From Flectonema sp. DT1601 (lineage: Eukaryota): a DNA stretch of 64,000 nt. The position numbers were made by a program, and so were the translations under genes. Below are positions 11,816-21,233 of the stretch, one piece after another. The stretch covers positions 992,001 to 1,056,000 of the forward strand of contig OZ025792.1 of assembly GCA_964019425.1 (NCBI GenBank), given 5' to 3'. The notes below the pieces were generated by a model. That model saw nothing but the letters and a program-made list of their open reading frames with translations, did not search any database and had not been told where the DNA came from. How positions within the stretch are numbered: the first letter of the stretch is position 1; every line of letters starts with the position of its first letter.

Positions 11816-14423
11816 TCTCGGAAGATCTCAACACGTCAAACGGCATCAACTTTAAAAGAAGAGGAAAATTGCGAATCAAAAGACATCGAGGTAGCTAGAT
11901 AGGTATCATAAACTAATAAAACAAATTAAGTAAGCGAAAAGGATATATCACCAGACAGAAATGATATAAAAATAAAATATAAAATAAAATAAAAAAAATA
12001 ACGGAAGAGTAAAGGAAGACTAAACACGTACCTACCTACCTCACTTACCTCACTTGCTGTATAATTGCAAGACTACTATTAGCATCGCGGAAGAAAAAAA
12101 AAAAAAATAGATAGACTGAAGTAGCAGTCAGTTTAAACAATTACCAGTCTAGTGTATATTCATAGCTCCATGAGCTATAAAAAACTCAAATAGTTTTTCC
12201 TGTCTATGAAGATATAAATCTCTCTTAACGAGTTAACACATATTTATTATTCGTATTGCAGTCAAACAAACGTTATCACTACAACCACTCAATTCAACAA
12301 TCTCCAAGAAGAACTATAATTCGGTAATGCAAGAAGTTCAGAAAAAAAAGAAAAAAAAGAAACAAAGAAAAAGATCTGATGCTGCCACCAACTGGAAACA
12401 AAAGTAAGCAAGCAATTCACTGTACACTTGAAAGTAAACTAAATCTGCTATCCGCGACCACCTAGCAAGATCAACAAAGACAGTTGAATCTAATATTGAG
12501 TAATATATAAATCAATAAATCGTAGAATCACACAAAGGTTCATAAATCCTGTCATACTAATCTTGTATGATATCGATGACATTAACTCAAGTTGAATCTA
12601 ACGTTGAGTAGTTAGTTTGGGAAGGATTACACGGGCCTTGAGTACTTTATCAGGTGTTAATGTTCACAAAATATATCTGAATTTTTTAATCGAATCCGTA
12701 CACTGACATGGGTCTGTTCACTGAGAAGACATAACAAAAGTGCAAAAAAAAAAAAAAAAAAAACATGGTTTTGCGCTGTGCAAACAAAGGCTTAGTTTAA
12801 GCTGGCGATAGTTGCAACTTAGAGTGAAAAGCAAAAAGAAAAAAACAACGCAAGAAGTTTTGTAGTGCCCAAGCAGTTGTCGTACAAGAACAAAAAAAAA
12901 CAAGCAGCAAAAGATTCTGCTTTAATTGTGAAAAAGGTTCATTCAAGACCTGGGAAAGAGATGAGACAAACGTTCGTTATTTTGTCCGACGTTTTTTTTG
13001 TTACAGGCAAGGGATAGGCTGGTAACTGCCTCTGAAAATCACAGCTTGCCTGCATTGTTTAATCGTTTTAAAATTCTTTTCCGTACCTTTTTGCTTGTTT
13101 TGAGTAACTTGTTTGAGCACGACATGAAAAGAGAACAATTATTAAATAAATAGTAAATCTGAGAATAAATAAAACCCCTCATGGGTTACCTACAAACAGA
13201 AGTTTCACCATTCAGACTTATTGACAGCTCCGTAAGAACCAGGGCGACATAAGAATGATGTCAAGGAACTTAAGTTCCAGAAAAGATCACAAAACCGTGA
13301 GAATCTCACTGGTTAGTACCTTCGAAATGAAGAATAGACAAAAAAAGTTTCGCAGTCAACAACCCACATTCCAATACCAACATATCGTATCCGCAATACT
13401 AATAGATTTTAAATTTATCAAATTCAAAAAGGGATCCAAGACAATACCCGATGAATACCTACTCACACGTCCCGCCTAAATGACGAAAACCCGCAAGCGG
13501 TGAAGATTGCTGTCTCGCTTCGATTCTACACGAAACGATTGATATAAAAGATGTCATAAGGGAGGGGTTTTTATAAGAAAAAAAAAAAAAAAAAAAAAAA
13601 ACAAGAAACAAAACTAAACAAATCACTGACGCAATATTCCTCGGTGAAAACGCGAAGAGCAGTGCGACAACATTAGAAGTAAATGTTGTTGCAGACTTAA
13701 TAATTAATACTGTGGAAGGTATACTGGCAAATCGGGTAAAGCATATGAAGATAACCAGACTTATAATGCAAACACAGATAAAAGTACAAAATCAACACAG
13801 CCGATTTTTTTACACATCACAATTGAAAACACAAAGTGAATAATAGTAACGAGTTTCCCTTCAGTACTCAGAGGGTGAAAACCACTCCATAGGTAAACTA
13901 CACAGAAGCAAGTACCATTGAGACAAACTCCTTTTTTGTTTCACCTAGATTTTCTTTCGGACGAAGCTTTTTCAGGAGGGGAAACAAACCAAAACTAAAA
14001 AAAAGAAAATGAATAAACACGGAAGCCTTAACCTATCCAATGAAAACAATACCTCTGTCTGTATTGCACATCGAATTAACTCTTTAGACATTTTATGCAG
14101 GTGCATCGATCTAAACTAAAGGTTTATCATTGTGAGATGAAACGCAAGCGTTAAAAGAATCTGTAATGTAAAGCAAGTGTCAGCAGGCCAATCACAGGTC
14201 TTATTAAAAAGAATGAAATTTGTGAAATTGAACTGCAATTTTCTGTAAGACTCGCTGGGTCAATGCGAAAAGAAGAAAGTGAATTAAATCCTTTCGTCTT
14301 TCTGTACAACAGTTCACACCCGTTCAACCAGAGGATCCAGAGGATTTGTCACCTGGATACTATGATTCAAAACATAGGCAATGTAACTGGTTGGATTGAT
14401 GTTCGCAATCTGGCTACAGTTTG

Positions 14424-14457
<34 letters not shown>

Positions 14458-14543
14458 CACAAGGGGAAACGTATGTAATGCATAATGCATTCCATATCGT
14501 TGCCGTGAGGTTTAATATGAAATAGTGCGTTAAAAGATGACTG

Positions 14544-14661
14544 GAAAAAAAGAAAAAAAAAAGAAAAAAAAAAGAAAAAAAAAAGAAAAAAAAAAGAAAA
14601 AAAAAAGAAAAAAAAAAGAAAAAAAAAAGAAAAAAAAAAGAAAAAAAAAAGAAAAAAAAAA
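14544..14661. repeat. Poly-A-rich tandem repeat, about (GA10)n
   Basis: About 10 units of G followed by a ~10-A run. Confidence 0.85.
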
Positions 14662-14988
14662 CATCCTTCACTGCTGTTAGCAGTGAATGAGTTGTTCACA
14701 CAAAAAGGGTAATGTGAGTGTTTATTATTTTGCTCTGAAATGCATTCAAAGAGGTCAAAAAGAGAGCAGAGAAAAGTGAGAGAAAAGTGAGGGTGAAAAA
14801 CAGCGACAAGAACAAAAAAAAAAAAAAAAAAAAAAAAAGAAAATATAGCAGGCAATTCCTGAACATATCTTTTGTGGGCAAACAAAAAGAGAGAAAAAAA
14901 AAAAAGAATAATTTATTCAGTCGAATCTGTTAAAAAGGTCTTGATGAAACCAGTTGTAATTTTGATACCAGAAACCTTACTACAGAGG

Positions 14989-17784
14989 CTACGTTAAATC
15001 AATAGCATCAGGGCTTATAGCATGGCGAGAGTAATCTGAATGTCTTGGAACACCGTTAATTCCTACATTACCACTACTAGAACGTGCATGTGGGATGGGT
15101 ACCTTTACTTTAATGTAGGCTGGCATTGGATCATCAGTGATATTGGAACACTCAACTTTGTCAGCAATATGAGAAGGTAAGTTAGCAGCAGTCTGCATTT
15201 TTAGATACTCATTCGGTGATTCTCCAGTTATTGCGAGAACGTCATCGATGTATATTTGTAACCGTCTTGCAACACGACATACGATGTCATCAGTTTCCAT
15301 GTCTACCATTTGACTAAGTGCATCTTGTAGATCACCTGCTCTTAATGACCCCCATGCTCTTCCATATGCAGATTCAGTGTCAGATCCTTGCATTGCATAC
15401 ATCCATTCAGCATCACCATCATGTTCATGTTTACCTCTTAAATAATAACAAGTTATCTTTGTATGTTTACTCTGATGGTATAAGATATCAACAGGCATTG
15501 AAATAAATCCCGTAATGTCATCAATAGTTCGTTCATCAAGTACAATGTCGAGACCTATTTCTCTCGCAACTGTTTGCATACCTTTTGCTAGTGTGATACT
15601 TTGTCCTAAAGTCGAAGGTGCTTTGAACCCTTGACATCCTAAATTACCACAAAGTGTTGTACCAGTTGCTACTCCAACAACCATGTATGAATCAATTGAA
15701 TACCTAATTGATTTACTATTCAAGAACTCAGATACTACGGTTCCAACACTGTCACGGATGTTGAGGCAGAAGTTTGTTGCCTTAGTACTTGGCATAGTAC
15801 ATGATTGATGAGCTCCAAAAGTAAAATCGATGTTGTCTCCAACAAATCGCTCAACACATCCTCGAAGAGGCTTCGCTTCAGAAATAACAGCCAACAGCCA
15901 CACACTGTGATACTCAACTATGAATGATGGATCTCTCTTTTCTGTTATGAAGTTTAAAAAGTCTCGATTTCCAACGCTGACGTGAGAAACAGCCTTTTTA
16001 GGAGTCAAAGACAGGTCAGTAAAACCATGCTGTGAAATCCTTAACATCACAGTATCGCCTGACATGTGACGTTTACGAGACAAAACTGTAGAAGAATCCT
16101 GAGAGTATGTATAGCGGAGATCTAGATTTTTAGACCGAGTGCCAGAAGAATTAGAAAGAGCTTCTGTCTTAACCTCAGAAGCTTCGTCAGCATCTGATTC
16201 ATCATTGTCAACAATACCAAACCCATCTGGTAAGTACTGACGGTATTCAATCATCGCTGCTAACATAGTTCTAAAACTCTTCTCCATTGAATAAACTTCA
16301 GCTAATATGGAAAGGTCGTGTAAAGTTGAGACTGAGTCTAAACGTAACTCTGCCACGTTATGCATATCCCAAGATAGTCTCTCAAGTGGTTGGGTTACAT
16401 AACTAGCGGCTAAGAATGCCAGAACGACAAGTAAACAGGCCGTTCCTGCTACTGTTCCAAATAAAACAGCACGATCAACCTCAAGTACGCTGTCCGTGTC
16501 GTCTTTTGTCTTTCGAATCTCTTCGTTTGCATTTCTGCGTTGCGTCTCAACTTCACCGACAATCATTCTTTGGTTAATTCCCACAACGACCCACCAATCT
16601 AAACCATAGCCATCTGACAAGTTCGCAACCCAAACTGAGTATGCCAGCGTGTCATTCCCTGAATTTAGAATATCCATAACTTGTGCACTTCCAGAACTAC
16701 TCTGCAGTTGCAGAACTTCATTAAAAGGGTCCCTTGAATTTGGAAACATTGCGTACGTTGATCGACAAGTACCTGCAACGATTACATCATCGCTATCAAA
16801 ACAACGAATTTGTTTCACCAGAGACACGTTTGTCGCGGTGCTGTAAGGATCATTTCCGAAAACAGTTTCCGTTACTTTTCCCGATGAAGCTCCCACGAGA
16901 AGCCCTCTCTGCGAACCTTTAAGATTTCCACTTGAAACTATAAAAATGCGCTCTGAGTTATGCTGCTGTAGAGTTTCCAAGAGGGATGTGATCGTACCGA
17001 GTGTCAAGGTGGTGAATATTGAACCGAATACAGGATTTTGTTGATTCGTTGGTAAAACAGTTGTTATAACAGAAACAAGACTAAACCCTGAGAAAGTCAT
17101 ACTTGCCTGAGTATCAATCCATTTTGTTTCACCGATTACAACTGGAATTTTCTGTTGATCAGTTACACGTGAGAAGTTTACTCCAGTAACAGGGCATAGT
17201 CCAGAAGTTCCTTTTGATAATTGTGAATAATCGCATGGTCCGTCATATACTGAGTTAGTGTTGTAGTTGATAGAACCAGTCTTACCTTCTGTTCCATCGT
17301 TGTACAGAATTATAGAATTCTTGTTTATATTGTCGACTCCTTGGGTATTGTCTAGAGCAGTTGAGAATAACCATCCCACTCCATTGGGACGTGAGAATCC
17401 AAAAACTGTTACTTCTCTGGTGGCGAACAGATCTAACATAATATTCAACCCAATTAATAACTCATCCCAGTCATCTACTTTAGTAGGATCATGTTTGTCC
17501 ATATATGCAACAGCATCTCTTTGTGCAGATTTTGCGACATCCAACATATTTTGAACTTTTTGCACCACAACAACACTTCTCTCAGCCATAACATCCGCAT
17601 ACGAATCAACAGTCTTTGTTAAATGTTGTTCAAAACACTTATCAACCACTTTTATTTGACCAGTATTTGTTTTATCTAAAGCAACATCTGTTGATCTAAC
17701 AGCGACTACCAAAGATATAATAGCGGTAAGCACAATGCATCCAGAGATGCACAACATTGTCACACTTCTTAGTGATAGATGCAT
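14989..17784 (-). CDS. Receptor-type adenylate/guanylate cyclase-like protein, paralogue of 7925-10642 (931 aa from MHLSLRS)
   Basis: Same architecture; motifs GCVERFVGDNIDFTFG, GVATGTTLCGNLG; EWMYAM and AYGRAWG shared with the paralogue; first ATG at 17784. Confidence 0.85.
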   Translation of the reverse strand: MHLSLRSVTMLCISGCIVLTAIISLVVAVRSTDVALDKTNTGQIKVVDKCFEQHLTKTVDSYADVMAERSVVVVQKVQNMLDVAKSAQRDAVAYMDKHDPTKVDDWDELLIGLNIMLDLFATREVTVFGFSRPNGVGWLFSTALDNTQGVDNINKNSIILYNDGTEGKTGSINYNTNSVYDGPCDYSQLSKGTSGLCPVTGVNFSRVTDQQKIPVVIGETKWIDTQASMTFSGFSLVSVITTVLPTNQQNPVFGSIFTTLTLGTITSLLETLQQHNSERIFIVSSGNLKGSQRGLLVGASSGKVTETVFGNDPYSTATNVSLVKQIRCFDSDDVIVAGTCRSTYAMFPNSRDPFNEVLQLQSSSGSAQVMDILNSGNDTLAYSVWVANLSDGYGLDWWVVVGINQRMIVGEVETQRRNANEEIRKTKDDTDSVLEVDRAVLFGTVAGTACLLVVLAFLAASYVTQPLERLSWDMHNVAELRLDSVSTLHDLSILAEVYSMEKSFRTMLAAMIEYRQYLPDGFGIVDNDESDADEASEVKTEALSNSSGTRSKNLDLRYTYSQDSSTVLSRKRHMSGDTVMLRISQHGFTDLSLTPKKAVSHVSVGNRDFLNFITEKRDPSFIVEYHSVWLLAVISEAKPLRGCVERFVGDNIDFTFGAHQSCTMPSTKATNFCLNIRDSVGTVVSEFLNSKSIRYSIDSYMVVGVATGTTLCGNLGCQGFKAPSTLGQSITLAKGMQTVAREIGLDIVLDERTIDDITGFISMPVDILYHQSKHTKITCYYLRGKHEHDGDAEWMYAMQGSDTESAYGRAWGSLRAGDLQDALSQMVDMETDDIVCRVARRLQIYIDDVLAITGESPNEYLKMQTAANLPSHIADKVECSNITDDPMPAYIKVKVPIPHARSSSGNVGINGVPRHSDYSRHAISPDAIDLT

Positions 17785-17938
17785 GTTTTTTTTTTCTTTT
17801 TTTTTTAATCTCAAAATACACCAACCTGAATAATATAATTTACTTGGTAATACATTTAGTATTTATGAAAAAATAACAATACAATAATACTTCTATTGGT
17901 TCTATCACTACTGAAGCTGTTGGAAAAAGAAAATTTAA

Positions 17939-18031
17939 TTAATCATAAATATTGAAGAAAGAATTAATTTCAGAAGTAATTTCATTTCCCGTGCGGGGAA
18001 ACCCCAAGGTGCTGGTCTTCACAACGGTCAT
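17939..18031 (-). pseudogene. metE: Truncated metE stub: first 15 codons fused to unrelated AT-rich sequence
   Basis: MTVVKTSTLGFPRTG matches the full copies, then NEITSEINSFFNIYD*; breakpoint at 17988. Confidence 0.9.
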
Positions 18032-18370
18032 AGTTGGTTGTTGTTGTTGTTGTTGTTTTTTTTTAAGATGAGAACTTTTGGTGGAGAAAATAATCGTAAT
18101 AAATAGGGGGACTACTTGATTGACCAACATGTTTGCATAACATAAATACGAAGCCTATTATATTTTGTTAATTCGGCAGTAATCCACCAAACCAGAAATA
18201 TAACATCAGTAAATAAATAATAATAAAAAAGAGAGGAATAAGAGCGGTTGTTGTTTGGAGTCTTTTTTTTTTTGGGGAGAGGAAATATAGCTCCTTGCCC
18301 CAGTGTATAATTGACAAGAAAATGAATTCTTCATGAATAACATTTCCCTTTTTTGCAAACAAAAAAAGCA

Positions 18371-18528
18371 ATGACGGGGGGGGGTCATCTCTTTACCGAG
18401 ACAGAGCTCCGCGGCGGGGGCCCTTTTTAACTCGTGTGATATTTATAAGAAGCAACTTCATTGAATTCGCAAAAGATCCCAGCAGTTCCGATCTTTGTAT
18501 CCCGGTAAATCCACCGCTGGGGTCCTTT
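18371..18528 (-). promoter_or_regulatory. Candidate structured cis-regulatory RNA between OYE stop and metE start (other copies 23916-24073, 29455-29612)
   Basis: GC-rich island in an AT-rich spacer: 16-bp imperfect stem, 12-bp long-range pairing and three small hairpins, with G-U pairs favouring the sense strand. Confidence 0.4.
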
Positions 18529-18694
18529 TTTTAATCGAAAGAATTCAAAGAATTGATATAAAAAAATGCAAGAAAAGCAATGCCAAGATTGCCAATAGTA
18601 ATAGTAAGGAGTTAGAACAATGGAATAATAATAATAATAATAAAAAAAGAGAAACGGAATTAACTACTTCGAGATTAAGAAAAAAGATACGCAT

Positions 18695-19822
18695 CTACTT
18701 TCTCGAAGAGTGGGTGTAGCGTTCCGGAGTGGTGTACCCTTTGGAACCATAGTTTGGAAGCCACCAGAATTCCTGGGCAGACAACGGGGATAACTCGTAC
18801 CCGTTTTCGAAACGCTCAACTAAGTCGGGGTTTGCGATGAACGGCCTGCCAAACGCAATCATGTCGGCAACACCCGACGACACAGCCTCGTCGGCAGACT
18901 CTTTCGTGTAGCCACAGTTCCCCATCAACTTCGTCTTGCTTCCCTTCAACATAGCCTTCGCGTCTTTCAGCGTGTACGGTTCCCCCAGCTCGTGGAATCC
19001 AAACGTGAGCCCATCCAACACGCACACGTACCCGATGTTTTTCTCACCAATTGCCTTGATCGTGTGGTTGAACTGCTCACGGAAGTCAGGAGATCCGACG
19101 TCGCCGAACACACCGTTCGGGGAAACTCGGATCCCGACCTGCTCCTTCGGGAACACCTCCGACACAGCGTCGATCACCTCCAACACAATCCGGGTGCTGT
19201 TTTCAAAAGATCCGCCGTACATGTCGGTACGCTTGTTAACCTTGCTCTGAAAGAATTGATCCAAAAGGTACCCGTTTGCACCGTGGAGTTCCACCCCGTC
19301 GAATCCCGCCGCCTTGGCCTTTGCGGCAGCGCGTGCGTAGTCCTTCACGGTTTCGGCGATCTCCTCAATTTCCAACGCCCGCGGTGTTTCGAACGGCTTC
19401 GATCCCTTTTGGGTGTGAGCTTTCCTTTCCTTGGCCATCGGAGTTGGCGACGAACTGACCGGCGTCTGTCCATGGAAGTCGCTGTGAGTCTGCCTTCCCA
19501 TGTGCCACAACTGGCAGAATATCTTCCCGCCAGCCTCGTGAACCGAGTCGGTAACCTTCTTCCATCCCTCCACCTGGTCATCTGTGTAGATACCCGGCGC
19601 GTCTACCCATCCGTCAGCGATGCGCGAAATGAGAGTCCCCTCCGTGATGATGAGCCCCGCCTTCGCCCTCTGCGTGTAGTACTCGACGTTCAAGTCATTC
19701 GGAACCTTACCAACGTTGTTGGTACGGGCCCTCGTTAGTGGGGCCATTACAACTCTGTTTTTGAATCCCATCTCTCCCACAACGAGCTGCGACAAGACTC
19801 CGGTAGTTCTGGTTGACGACAT
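18695..19822 (-). CDS. OYE: Old Yellow Enzyme family FMN-dependent NAD(P)H ene-reductase (NemA/OPR-like), copy 1, 375 aa
   Basis: NRVVMAPLTRAR, QLWHMGR, AGFDGVELHGANGYLLDQF (catalytic H/N/Y), NKRTDMYGGS, FGRPFIANPDL; start placed at MSSTR. Confidence 0.95.
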   Translation of the reverse strand: MSSTRTTGVLSQLVVGEMGFKNRVVMAPLTRARTNNVGKVPNDLNVEYYTQRAKAGLIITEGTLISRIADGWVDAPGIYTDDQVEGWKKVTDSVHEAGGKIFCQLWHMGRQTHSDFHGQTPVSSSPTPMAKERKAHTQKGSKPFETPRALEIEEIAETVKDYARAAAKAKAAGFDGVELHGANGYLLDQFFQSKVNKRTDMYGGSFENSTRIVLEVIDAVSEVFPKEQVGIRVSPNGVFGDVGSPDFREQFNHTIKAIGEKNIGYVCVLDGLTFGFHELGEPYTLKDAKAMLKGSKTKLMGNCGYTKESADEAVSSGVADMIAFGRPFIANPDLVERFENGYELSPLSAQEFWWLPNYGSKGYTTPERYTHSSRK

Positions 19823-21233
19823 CTTAATCGGTTGTTGTTTTTGGTTTCGGAAAGTCGAACTGTTGAGGAAGAAATTAGAGGATGCTGAAAAAAGAACAAC
19901 ACACGACACACACATAAGACATACATTTCTTGTTAACCAGGGTCTGTTATTTCACCACCCCCCTCCCCCCCTGTCTAATTTAGATAGTATAACTTACTTG
20001 ATAACTTATATTAAGGCTCAGTTGAATTTAAGAATCCAAGGCTTGAAAATAAACATTAACCGAAGTGACAAGAGTAGCAGTCACGTCTTTTAATTAATTA
20101 ATTAATTCATAAATCAAAAGGGAGGCAGAGTTGGAAAAAGGAAAAAGAAAACAAGGAAATCATGTGTGAATCCCGCAAACAATAATTCCGAAATAGAGGA
20201 AACGTCGTTCAGCAGGAGTTTACGTTTTAGTCATCCGACAACATGGCTGTGGAAGTATTTCATAGATGCACGCCGTCATCAGTGCCGAATGATAAGAAAG
20301 CAAAATCAATAAAATAAAATAAATAAAAAAGAATCAATAAAAGTATTCACTATTCTGGTCAGGTGGTAGCGGTGGTGCCGCTGCACATCTTTTTTCTTTT
20401 CTTTTGTGAAAACATGTACCTCCTCCTCCTTCTTTTTCAATAATGAAGAGGAGTTGACATATAATTACGACGTTTTTTTTTTCTTTTTTTTTTTTCTCCA
20501 ATGCTTTTCAATTCAACCCTCATTTTTGTTCGCAGATTTTGCAGATGAAAAATGAGCATAGACACAAGTGGTATCCTCCTTGGTCTTGGGAGTTCTTGAA
20601 ATCTGTTCAGCTCAACAATCAAACACAAAAAAGAAAAACAAGAGGGTCAAATCATCATGAAAAAAAAAAAGTTTCTTATTTTATTCACTTACTCAATTCA
20701 CATACCACTATAGTCTCCTTGGTCAATGGAGACGTAGTAATGGTTGGTTGGTTTTGCATGACTTCACCACCAAAGCTCTTCTTTGGTTAAGAATTACTGG
20801 TGGTTGGTTAAACAGAGTTAGAGAGGAAAAGGGGGGGGGGAGAGCGGAAGGTGATTAAAAAAAAAGGGATGAAAAAAAGGAAAAGAAACACGACAAGCAA
20901 CGAAGCTTGTTCTCGTCATAGCTCAAGACAAGATATATAAAGGAAAGTCGCGTTTTCGTTTTGATTTGTTTTCAGAAAGCGTACACAACTCAGAAGGCAA
21001 TCCAGCCCATCCGCAATGGAACGTTACTTTTGGTGGTGTCGGATCCAAACAAAAAGAGTAGTAGTATTTCTCATGATATTAAATATAGGAAATAAAAAAG
21101 AGACGAAGTCATCACACAGGATGGAACAAAAGTTAATTCCTCTTCGACGAAAAGCAAAGAATAATAACGGCTTGTCACTGTCATTCACACAACAACAACT
21201 TCACACGCACACGTCCTTTTTTTTTTCTTTCAT

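Noticed and set aside
14367..14885. Phe-rich ORFs here and in other spacers
   Set aside because: Translations of poly-T tracts, mostly with non-ATG starts
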